Part shown: positions 23,241 through 34,045 of the stretch, piece by piece
Numbering within the stretch: position 1 is the stretch's first letter
Layout: each line of letters opens with the position of its first letter
Assembly (NCBI GenBank): GCA_043228905.1
Contig: JBHGNT010000018.1
Coordinates: 12,028,001 to 12,092,000, forward strand
Direction of reading: 5' to 3'
DNA: 64,000 nt
DNA from: Azolla caroliniana
Taxonomy: Eukaryota > Plantae > Polypodiophyta
Made by a program: the position numbers and the translations under genes
The notes under the pieces: generated by a model
Told to the model about the DNA's origin: nothing
The model's input: the letters and a program-made list of their open reading frames with translations, nothing else
Databases searched by the model: none

Positions 23241-24687
23241 ACCTGATGAGAACCGGAGGAAGAGACATATTTGTAAATATGTTTCGGAGAGCCCATCGAG
23301 GCTACATTTGTAAATAGCAGAAAAGTCATATTAGTATAAATATGACTTAGGGCAAACTTGTGTAATAGTAGTTGTTATCATTCTTGTTGGCGCAAGAAGA
23401 AGAGTGAGCACGTAACACTGTATAGAGAGAGAGAGAGAGAAAGAGGTCGCTGCCTCTGTTGTAACCGCCGCCTGTGGCGAAGATCGTGAGCACGAGGTCG
23501 TTGCCTCCGTGAACTCACTGTTTTGTACATTCCAACATAGTGATAGTTTGCAGCCTGTGGGCTGCCGTGGTTTTTCCCCGTTTGGGTTTTCCACGTAAAC
23601 ATCCTGTGTACTTTTTCTCTCCTTTGTGTCGCGTGTTTTCCGTTTCTTGTTTTTCTGTGTATGAAAGAATCTCGGTTGTGGCCGAGCGTTGCGCAAAGGG
23701 AGCGTTGAGTTCCCGTCAAGTGGTATCAGAGCGAAACAACACAGAAAAATGGATGAATCGTTTGGCGGCATGTTCAAGCTCACCGGCTCCAACTATTCGG
23801 TATGGAAGTCGAAGATGAGAGACATGCTCGTGGTTAAAGACCTCTGGCTGCCGGTTCAGTTCGGGGACAAGAGACCGGACAAAATCGACGCCGCGATATG
23901 GGAGGTGATGCACATGAAGACAACGGCATACATACGGTGCTTCATCGACATGAGCCTGTACAACAACTTCAATGAAGAGAGCAAGGCTCATAAGCTTTGG
24001 GAGAAGATCGGCATAATGTTTCAGAACAAAAATGTTGTCAATTAGGTCTCGGTATTCCGGAAGCTAGTAAGACTCCGGTACCAAGATGGCTCCAGTATGG
24101 CGAAGCACATGAATGCCTTCCAGGGGCTGATCCACCAGGCAACTTCATTGGAAGTACCTCTTGCCGATGAGGTACTAGCGTTGCTCCTGCTCGGTTCCCT
24201 CCCGGATAGCTGGGAGACGTTGGTTGTCACTTTGGGCAACGCCGGGCCGGAAGGAAAACGGTTATCCCTAGCAAGAGTAAAGTCGAGCTTGCTAGATGAG
24301 GAGGCGCGTCGAAAAGATAAAGATACGAGCTCCGACTCCAAAGCGCTCATTACCAAATCGGAACGCGGAAGACATCAAAACCGTAGTCCCCAGAACCGGG
24401 AGAAATCGGGGACACGGTCAAAGTCAAGGGGGAGGCCCACTTGCTTCTATTGCGGCAAGCCGGGTCACTTCCAAAAGAACTTTCGGCATTTCCGTAAAGA
24501 CAAGGAAACCGACGGTACCGATTCGAAACGGACCCCGGACCGGAACGGTAAAGACCGGAAGGGGACGGACCGGAAGGGGACGACGGCAATTGCGGCAAGT
24601 GAAGAAGAGTTGATGCTCATCACCGAGGAGAGTGAGATAAACCTTGTCGGCGACGAGATGACCTGGGTGGTAGACTCCGGAGCATCG

Positions 24688-27600
24688 TGTCGAATACAAG
24701 TGTATAATGGACGTATGAATTCACACTATCCCTTTGTATAGCCCAAGTTTGGGGCATTTGTGTAATTAGCATAAAGGGTAGTTGCCCTAAGTCGGTCACT
24801 ATATATAGTGACCTTGTAACCTTTTTGTAAGGTTGGGTGTTGTATTATTGCTTTTGGGATATAGAAAGTCTTTTGTGCCTCTCTCTCTCTCTCTCTGTGC
24901 AAACGACCCAAAAACTGTCATACGCAGGTACAGAACAGAATCGAATGCTTCTTGATCTTCCGCATAGACGACCTTGTCTCCAACACCTGGTATCAGAGCC
25001 TGCACAGTATTCGGTCCTTCATCCCGCTGTCGGCCGTCGTCTCAGCCTGCACAGCATTCGGTTTCTTGCGTCATTCGAAGAAGAGAGAAGAAGAAGAAAA
25101 ACGAGGTTTGCATCTCATCGCGTTAGATCATCTTCGCTTGGAGTAAGCCAGCAGGTTGTACTCTGTCCCTTGTGATCGTAACCGCTCGAGGTGAAATCCC
25201 CTTGTGCAACATTGACACGATCGTGCTCCATTCGGTTAAACGGCATCCGAAGAGGTCATCAAACGCTGCTCGCCGCTCATTGTAACCACTCGGTGCAGAT
25301 CGGTCTCAAGACAACAACCCAAATTCGTGCTTCATCTGGCTGATCGACATTCGGGAGGATCAGTTGGATCCGTCTCTCTCGTTGCTGCAGTCAACCGAAG
25401 CAAAATCGGTCCAGATAATCGGTTTCAATAATCGGTATTCGGCATATATATCCGAAGCGAACCGGGCTCACTCCGACTCGGCAACATTCGGGAAGACCAG
25501 TCGGTTCTGTCCCTCAAGCTACCGGAGTCAATTCGAGCAAGTTCCGAAGCCGAACCGACTCGGGTTCAAATCCGACTAGAACGATATCGGGTGAGCCAAC
25601 CGGCTGCACTCCAACAAGGTTCGTAGTCAACTCCGAACCGAGCTTCGTCAACCGAAACCGAATTTGATGGCATCAACATCCGGCTCGTCAGAAATGAGTC
25701 TACGAAAGTTCGATGGATCGAACTTCAACTTCTGGAAGGAGCAAATGCAGGACTATCTCATAGTCAAGGGGCAAATCGATCCCATCGAAAATGAAGAACC
25801 TCCAGAAGGATACAAACCAACTGAGTGGCAGAAGCTGGACAGAATCGTCCGCGCCACGATTCGGATGCACCTATCGGAATCGGTATACTTTACGGTGCAA
25901 TCGTGTACGACAGCATTCGAACTGTGGAAAACACTGTCGGACACTTACGAAAAGAAGGTCGCCGCAACGAAGATGTTTCTGATCCGGCGCCTCTACAACT
26001 TGCGGATGAAAGAATCCGACTCGGTTCAAGCACACCTCAATGAGTACGAAAGCATAAGCTCCCAAATCTCGTCACAGGGGACGGCAATCGAGGATGAGCT
26101 CAGAGCAATGATACTCATGAGCAGCCTTCCCTCATCATGGGAAACTTTCGTCACAACCGTGTGCAACGCGTCAACCACGGCTGTTAAATACTCCGAAGTC
26201 ACGAGCGCAATCCTGACCGAAGCAGCTCGGAGAAAGTCTTTCGCCAAAGACTCAACAGACGACGCTTATGTAGTACAAGGTTCGACAGACCGATCGAACA
26301 TACGAGGAAGAGATTCCTCACGGCCGCCGAACAATCAGCGAAGACGGAGCCAGTCACGGGGTAACCGAATCTGCAACTATTGCAAGAAACCCGGACACAT
26401 CAAAGCCGACTGCCGCGCACTCAAGAACAAGAACAACAAGAAGAGTGGCCGGCATGAGGAGATCAATTACGTCAGCTTCTCAGCTGATGTGCTACCAGAC
26501 GACCCGAATATACTATCAATCGAAAATCCAGTCGGATCAGAAGTTCTACTCACGACTGAAGAATCGAGCACATGGCTCTTAGATTCGGGCGCGTCATTTC
26601 ACGTGACTCCTCATCGATCCCAATTTCGGCAATATACGATCCGTCACTCCGACTCAGTTCGAGTCGGCAACTCACAACACTGTGACATCATCGGAATCGG
26701 CACAGTAGAGCTCAACCTTGCAGGTGGCTCTACACTTGTACTCCACAATGTCCGACATGTACCCGAGCTCTCAAGGCCATTGATCTCAGTCGGACAACTA
26801 GATGAAGACGGCATTTGTGCCGGTTTTTCTTCGGGAGGGTGGACACTCCACAGGGGGAACCTCCTGCTTGCTAGAGGACCCAAGATACACTCCCTGTATC
26901 CGTTACATGTTACGCTCAGAGAGGGTAACCTGTTTTTGGTGGATATTCCTGTGTCATCACTATGGCACAGAAGATTAGGACACCTCAGCAAGGCCGGCAT
27001 CACACACCTATCTAGAGCCGGATACATCCCTAAACTCTCCTTCTCCGACCATCAATTCTGCGAACATTGCCAGTATGGCAAACAAGCAGCCACATCACAC
27101 CCGACATCAGCACCAAAAGAAACGAGACCCCTCGATTTAGTCCACTCGGACGTCTGTGGCCCAATGCCGCATCAGTCTCTTGGTGGTGCCTCTTACTTCG
27201 TCAGTTTTATTGACGATTCGACTCGAAAGGTGTGGGCGTATCCAATTCGCACCAAAGATCGTGTCTTCTCGATCTTCTCCGATTGGCTCGCTATGGTAGA
27301 AAATCAAACCGACCGAAAACTGAAATGCTTTCGGACAGACAATGGGGGAGAGTTCAAATCAGAAGAATTCGTCAAATTCTGCCGACAACGCGGCATCCGA
27401 CGTGAATTTACGGCACCACACAGTCCGGAGCAAAACGGGATTGCAGAACGAATGAATCGGACAATCCAAGAACGGATAGTTTCCATGCTCCAACACTCCG
27501 GACTGTCGGATGGCTTCTGGGCAGAGGCTCTACTCACGGCAGTACACATAATCAATATGTCGCCAAGTAGACCTCTAGGACTTCAAATTCCTCAGGAACT

Positions 27601-30170
27601 ATGGATCGGCAGTAAGCCGAATTACGACAAGCTGAGGATCTTCGGATGCGAGGCGTACGCCCTCATTCCGAAAGATGATCGCCGAAAACTTGCACCTCGG
27701 TCCAGGAAATGCATCTTCCTTGGATATGGATCCGACGGCGAAATGGGATACCGACTCTGGGACCCCGAACGCAGACAAATCGTTCGAAGTTCGGACGTTG
27801 TGTTCAACGAGTCGGCTATGAATCCATCAGTCGAAAAACCGATCGAAGTCCGAAGGGTAACATTTTCCGATGTGCCGACCCTTCAAGAAGGCCCCGCTCT
27901 CAACACACGGTCAGCTTCACGGGTAGTTGAACCTTACACTACCGACTCGGACAACCCCGACTCGGCACAACAGAACAATCCGCTTTCGGACCATCCGACC
28001 ACGATACCCGATGCGACCAGTCCAATCATACCTCGACGATCCGAGAGACTGTCGCAACCTCCGGAGAGGTATTCTCCTGGAATTTTCTTCACCGACGCCG
28101 GCGAACCGACGTCTTACGAAGAAGCATCGACTTCTGTCGATTCAGCCACCTGGCATCTGGCGATGGAGTCGGAAATGCACTCCATTCGGGCAAACAAGAC
28201 TTGGGATCTGGTCGAATTACCTAGGAACCGACGTCCTCTTCCTTGCAAGTGGGTTTATCGACTAAAAGAGACGTTTGATTCGACCACCCCAAAGTACAAG
28301 GCCAGATTAGTTGCGAAGGGCTTCCGACAAGAATATGGCGTCGACTTCGACGAGATTTTTTCACCAGTGGTGAAAATGACAACCCTTCGTTTTCTACTCG
28401 GCGTAGTGGCAACCGACAACTTGGAGCTGATTCAGCTAGATGTCAAAACAACCTTCCTCCATGGTGATCTTGAAGAGGAAATTTATATGGAGCAGCCCAA
28501 AGGCTTCGTGGCAACTGGCCAAGAACATCTAGTCTGCCGACTCAGGAAGAGTCTATACGGCCTCAAACAGGCACCGCGACAATGGTACAAGAAGTTCGAC
28601 GACTTCATCCAATCGATCGGCTTCTCAAAAAGCGATGAGGACCATTGTCTTTTCACCAACACAGCTCAAGATGGATCACCCATCTTCCTCATCATTTACG
28701 TGGACGACATGCTAATTTCTGGACGCCACGCGGGCGAACTTGCCGATCTCATTCGGCAACTGCGGTTGAAGTTTGCCATGAAGGACCTCGGTCCGGCACG
28801 ACACATCCTTGGCATGAAGATTAGTCGGCATCGCGATAAACGACATCTTTTTTTGTCTCAGACCGACTATATCGGACGTGTCTTGGAACGCTTCAACATG
28901 CAATCAGCCAAATCTGCTTCAACCCCGCTCCCCATGAATCTTCGGCTCTCTCAGCGAGACTGCCCGACATCCGGTCCGGAGGGGGAAGATATGAAGTCGG
29001 TACCGTATGCACCGGCAGTCGGCTCCCTTATGTACCTGATGGTCGCGACACGGCCTGATATCTCTCATGCCGTAGGAGTCGTTAGCAGATTTATGCACAA
29101 TCCTGGCCGATCGCATTGGAACGCAGTCAAGCATGTGTTCAGATATCTGGCTGGCACAAAAGACCACGGCATTCTTTTCGGTCCGAACCGAACCTCAGGC
29201 GTAGTCGGTTACACCGACTCGGACTTCGCCGGCTGTATAGACAGTCGGAAATCAACAACCGGATACTGCTTCAAATTCGGCAATGGAGCAATCTCGTGGA
29301 AGTCGAAACTTCAGGAGTGCACAGCGACCTCAACGACCGAAGCAGAATATGTAGCTGCGTCCGACGCAGCAAAAGAAGCTTTGTGGCTCGGTCGGCTGGC
29401 GCACACGTTTCGACAAGTCGACCATGACTCGGCCCCAGTTGTCTACAGCGACAGTCAAGGTGCTGTTGCCTTGTCGAAAAATCCGGTTCACCACAACGCC
29501 TCCAAACATATCGACGTTCGATATCACTTCGTTCGGGACTGCGTCATTTCAGGGAAAATCGGTCTAGAGAAAATATCCACAACCGACAATGTCGCAGATG
29601 GAATGACCAAGTGTCTTTCGGCAGACCGCTTTCGGTCCCTTCGGCATCAGATGGGCGTAACGACAAACCAGTCCGGTTAGAGCCGGACACAGCACAGGAT
29701 GGTTTCGGACAACCGACATCAGTTCCTTAATGATCGGCTTCAACTCTTCCGACCCGACCAGTTCGGTCTTCTGCCTTCGGACCCTGCCGACTCGAACAAA
29801 AACTGATATGTCCGAGAACCTAGGTTTATACCTGTAATCTTAGATAACCCATGTATACGCCCATTACGGGGGAGTGTCGAATACAAGTGTATAATGGACG
29901 TATTCACACTATCCCTTTGTATAGCCCAAGTTTGGGGCATTTGTGTAATTAGCATAAAGGGTAGTTGCCCTAAGTCGGTCACTATATATAGTGACCTTGT
30001 AACCTTTTTGTAAGGTTGGGTGTTGTATTATTGCTTTTGGGATATAGAAAGTCTTTTGTGCCTCTCTCTCTCTCTCTCTCTGTGCAAACGACCCAAAAAC
30101 TGTCATACGCAGGTACAGAACAGAATCGAATGCTTCTTGATCTTCCGCATAGACGACCTTGTCTCCAACA
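24688..30170 (+). mobile_element. Very young intact Ty1/copia element
   Basis: LTRs 24688-24985 and 29875-30170. I see only a 4-bp indel and one CT unit of difference. TSD CATCG. PBS TGGTATCAGAGCC at 24988-25000. PPT GGGGGAG. Confidence 0.98.
25664..29680 (+). CDS. Intact copia Gag-Pol polyprotein (about 1337 aa; first ATG at 25667)
   Basis: Single ORF: KFDGSNFNFWK, CNYCKKPGHIKADC, LDSGAS, LWHRRLGH, HSDVCGP/RTDNGGEF, IYVDDML, YTDSDF...TEAEY...SDSQGA. Confidence 0.97.
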   Translation: MMASTSGSSEMSLRKFDGSNFNFWKEQMQDYLIVKGQIDPIENEEPPEGYKPTEWQKLDRIVRATIRMHLSESVYFTVQSCTTAFELWKTLSDTYEKKVAATKMFLIRRLYNLRMKESDSVQAHLNEYESISSQISSQGTAIEDELRAMILMSSLPSSWETFVTTVCNASTTAVKYSEVTSAILTEAARRKSFAKDSTDDAYVVQGSTDRSNIRGRDSSRPPNNQRRRSQSRGNRICNYCKKPGHIKADCRALKNKNNKKSGRHEEINYVSFSADVLPDDPNILSIENPVGSEVLLTTEESSTWLLDSGASFHVTPHRSQFRQYTIRHSDSVRVGNSQHCDIIGIGTVELNLAGGSTLVLHNVRHVPELSRPLISVGQLDEDGICAGFSSGGWTLHRGNLLLARGPKIHSLYPLHVTLREGNLFLVDIPVSSLWHRRLGHLSKAGITHLSRAGYIPKLSFSDHQFCEHCQYGKQAATSHPTSAPKETRPLDLVHSDVCGPMPHQSLGGASYFVSFIDDSTRKVWAYPIRTKDRVFSIFSDWLAMVENQTDRKLKCFRTDNGGEFKSEEFVKFCRQRGIRREFTAPHSPEQNGIAERMNRTIQERIVSMLQHSGLSDGFWAEALLTAVHIINMSPSRPLGLQIPQELWIGSKPNYDKLRIFGCEAYALIPKDDRRKLAPRSRKCIFLGYGSDGEMGYRLWDPERRQIVRSSDVVFNESAMNPSVEKPIEVRRVTFSDVPTLQEGPALNTRSASRVVEPYTTDSDNPDSAQQNNPLSDHPTTIPDATSPIIPRRSERLSQPPERYSPGIFFTDAGEPTSYEEASTSVDSATWHLAMESEMHSIRANKTWDLVELPRNRRPLPCKWVYRLKETFDSTTPKYKARLVAKGFRQEYGVDFDEIFSPVVKMTTLRFLLGVVATDNLELIQLDVKTTFLHGDLEEEIYMEQPKGFVATGQEHLVCRLRKSLYGLKQAPRQWYKKFDDFIQSIGFSKSDEDHCLFTNTAQDGSPIFLIIYVDDMLISGRHAGELADLIRQLRLKFAMKDLGPARHILGMKISRHRDKRHLFLSQTDYIGRVLERFNMQSAKSASTPLPMNLRLSQRDCPTSGPEGEDMKSVPYAPAVGSLMYLMVATRPDISHAVGVVSRFMHNPGRSHWNAVKHVFRYLAGTKDHGILFGPNRTSGVVGYTDSDFAGCIDSRKSTTGYCFKFGNGAISWKSKLQECTATSTTEAEYVAASDAAKEALWLGRLAHTFRQVDHDSAPVVYSDSQGAVALSKNPVHHNASKHIDVRYHFVRDCVISGKIGLEKISTTDNVADGMTKCLSADRFRSLRHQMGVTTNQSG

Positions 30171-33100
30171 CATCGTTCCACCTTACCCCAGACCGGAAAT
30201 GCTTCTCATCCTACTCAGCCGGTGACCACGGCTGTGTCCGGATGGGGAATGAAGGTACATGCCGAATTGTCGGCATAGGAGACGTGTGGCTGTAAACACC
30301 AACCGGATGCAAGTTGCTGCTGAAGGATGTCCGACACGTTCCGGAGGTTCGTCTGAACCTGATATCAGTCGGTCGGCAAGATGATGAAGGCTACATGGGT
30401 AGCATCCGGAACAGTGTCATGAAGTTCAGCAAAGGGAGCCTGATTGTGGCTCGGGCCCGGAAGGTCAACACAATGTACCTGTTGAATGCCCGGTTATGTC
30501 CGGAAGAAGTGAATGTGGCATCTGACACTGCCGGTGAGCTGTGGCACAAGAGACTGTGTCATATGAGCGAGAAGGGGATGAAGAGGCTTGCAGACGACAA
30601 CCTCATTCCCGTGAAGAACGTGCACTTAGAGAAGTGCACTGATTGTCTGGCCGGTAAGCTGAACCGGACCTCCTTCCGACCAAGGCAACCGATGAGACGT
30701 AATGCACCACTGGAGTTGGTGCATACGGATGTGTGTCAAGTAGACACGAAGTCACATGCCGGAGCACAATACTTCGTGACATTCATAGATGACCACAACC
30801 GGAAGCTGTGGGCCACACCATTGAAGACGAAGGATCAGGTGTTATCCGTCTTCAAAGAGCTCCACGCGAGAGTGGAAAGAGAAAACGGTCGGAAGCTGAA
30901 GGCGGTTCGAGCAGATAACAGAGGAGAATACCGGGGGCAGTTCGAGAGGTACTGCCACTCGAAGGGAATCCGGCTCGAATTTACCATGCCGAAGACGCCG
31001 GAACTAAACGGACTGGCCGAGAGGATGAACCAGACCATAATGGAGAGGGTCCGGAGTATGCTAGCGCATGCAAAACTACCCAAGAAGTTTTGGGTTGAGG
31101 CATTGTCGACGGCGACATACGTGATAAATAGATCACCCTCAGTACCCTTGGATGGAGACACGCCACAAAGAGTATGGACCGGTAAAGAAGTATCCTACCG
31201 GCATCTGAAGGTGTTCGGGTGTCTCGCATACATGCATGTAGCAAAGGACCGGAGAGGAAAGTTAGATCCAAAGACCCGGCCATGCATATTCCTCGGTTAC
31301 GGTGACGATGAGTTCGGCTACCGAGTGTGGGACCCGGTCGACAAGAAGGTATTCCGGAGTCGAGATATTATCTTCATGGAGGATAAGACACTCGCCGACT
31401 GGGAGTCGGAGAAGAAGATAATGAACTCCGAGTCGACCGGTAAGGACCGACTCTACGATGAGCAGACCCAACCGGCGAGAGACCGGTTAGCACTCGAAGA
31501 ACCAGCCGGATACGGTGACGATACCAAACCGGCAGAAGAAGAAGTAGAGGAAGCCGAAACCGGAACCGGCCAAGACCCCGAACCGGATTCGGATGAAGAG
31601 CAGATGGAGGACCCGGTCACCGAAGCCCAGAGACGGAGATATCCTCTCAGAGAGAGAAGGGCCCCCCGGAGATTTCCGGATGCAGAGCATGTTCTGCTGA
31701 CCGATGAGGGGAGCCGGAAAGCTTCAAAGAAGCGAAGGATGACACCCACAACCGAAAATGGTTAAGTGCCATGCAGGACGAGATGGATTCCCTGCATGAG
31801 AACCATACGTACGAATTGGTGGAGTTGCCGAAAGGAAAGCGGGCACTCTGAAACAAGTGGGTATACAAGTTGAAACCGGGAGATGCCGGCAACCCCCCGA
31901 GATACAAAGCCAGGATCGTGGTGAAGGGGTTCCAGCAGAAGAAGGGCGTGGACTTCGACGAGATATTTGCCCCAGTAGTAAAGATGACCTCCATCCGGAC
32001 GGTGCTGAGTATAGCGGCAAGCATGGACCTTGAGGTAGAGCAGCTGGACGTGAAGACGGCATTCCTTCAAGGCGACCTCGAAGAGGAGATCTACATGCAG
32101 CAACCGGAGGGATTTGTGGAGAAAGGGAAGGAGCACCTGGTATGCCGGCTGAAGAAGAGCCTGTACAGACTAAAGCAGGCTCACCGAAATTGGTACCGGA
32201 AGTTCGATTCCTTCATGACCGATCAAGGGTACCACAAGACGCAGGCCGATCACTGCGTGTTTGTGAAGAAGTTTGAAGGAGGCGACTTCCTAATACTCCT
32301 TCTGTACGTGGATGACATGTTGATAGTCGGACGTGACCAAGTCAAAATACGGATGCTGAAGAAGGCTCTCAACCGGACCTTCTCAATGAAAGACTTGGGT
32401 TCGGCAAGACAGATGTTGGGGATGCACATCATTCGGGACCGGTCAAAGAAGCAATTATGGCTGTCACAGGAGAAGTACGTGACAAAGGTGCTTCACCGGT
32501 TCAACATGTCAGAAGCGAAACCGGTCGGATCGACACTTTCGTCAAACTGCAGGCTATCCGGTAAGCAAAGCCCGAAGACGAAAGCAGAGAAGGCGGATAT
32601 GATGAAGATTCCATATGCCTCTACCGTCAGGAGCTTGATGTACGCAATGGTGTGTACCTGACCGGATATAGGATACGAAGTCGGAGTGGTGAGCCGGTTC
32701 ATGAGCAATCCCGGCAAGGAGCACTGGAACGCTGTCAAATGGATACTCCGATATTTGAAGGGCACTTCAAATATGTGTCTCCGATTCGGCTCCGGAAAAC
32801 CTCAACTTGACAGTTTCACCGATTCGGACATGTTGGCTGATGTGGATACCAGCCAGTCTACATCCGGGTATGTAATGATGTATGCAGGGGGAGCCGTTTC
32901 GTGGCAGTCGAGGCTGCAGAAGACGGTTGCATTGTCAACCACGGAGGCGGAGTACATGGCAGCTGTGGAAGCCGGCAAGGAAATATTATGGATGAAGGAC
33001 TTCATCGGAGAGCTTGGTATCCGGCAAGAGGAATACCGACTCTATTGCGACAGTCAAAGTGCCATCCACCTTGCTAAGAATGCGGCCTACCATTCCCAGA

Positions 33101-34045
33101 CGAAGCATATCCAGCGGAGGTATCACTGGATCCGGGAAAGAGTATATGACCAGGAGTTCGCACTGACGAAGATCCACACGGCCGAGAACGGGTCAGATAT
33201 GCGGACCAAAGTGCTGACACCCGACAAGCTGGACGCATGCCGGAAGAGGATCGGACTGGTAAGGCACCCCATGCCGGAGTGAAGGGGGAGTTTGTTGGGA
33301 CACAGGTCCCTCCGGATGGGAAGGGAGAAGAATAGTGCTGATGAACAAGCTAGGCCGAGACCGAAACCGGATGAGTACCGGGCTACGGAGAGCCGGATGG
33401 TGCAAGCCCGGTGAGAACCGGATGAGGAGTACCCGGCTACGGAGAGCCGGATGGTGCAGGCCCGGTGAGAACCGGATGAGGAGTACCCGGCTACGGAGAG
33501 CCGGATGGTGCAGGCCCGGTGAGAACCGGATGAGGAGTACCCGGCTACGGAGAGCCGGATGACGCAGACCTGGTGAGAACCGGAGGAAGAGACATATTCG
33601 TAAATATGTTTCGGAGAGCCCATCGAGGCTACATTTGTAAATAGCAGAAAAGTCATATTAGTATAAATACGACTTAGGGCAAACTTGTGTAATAGTAGTT
33701 GTTATCATTCTTGTTGGCGCAAGAAGAAGAGTGAGCACGTAACAGTGTACAGAGAGAGAGAGAGAGAAAGAGGTCGCTGCCTCTGTTGTAACCGCCGCCT
33801 GTGGCGAAGATCGTGAGCACGAGGTCGTTGCCTCCGTGAACTCACTGTTTTGTACATTCCAACATAGTGATAGTTTGCAGCTTGTGGGCTGCCGTGGTTT
33901 TTCCCCTTTTGGGTTTTCCACGTAAAGATCCTGTGTACTTTTTCTCTCCTTTGTGTCGCGTGTTTTCCGTTTCCTGTTTTTCTGTGTATGAAAGAATCTC
34001 GGTTGTGGCCGAGCGTTGCGCAAAGGGAGCGTTGAGTTCCCGTCA

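Larger units (their letters stand above)
23749..33282 (+). pseudogene. copia gag-pol of element 22992-34045, interrupted at the protease motif
   Basis: Gag MDESFGGMFKLTGSNY, knuckle CFYCGKPGHF, WVVDSGAS|FHLTP split by the nested insertion. Integrase 30314-31765, RT 31870-32661, RNase H 32686-33282. Several TGA/TAG stops and a frameshift. Confidence 0.93.
22992..34045 (+). mobile_element. Full-length Ty1/copia element with decayed ORF, inserted in gypsy RNase H; hosts element 24688-30170
   Basis: LTRs 22992-23718 and 33293-34045. TSD CATAA. PBS TGGTATCAGAGC at 23721-23732. PPT GAAGGGGGAG at about 33281-33290. Confidence 0.97.
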
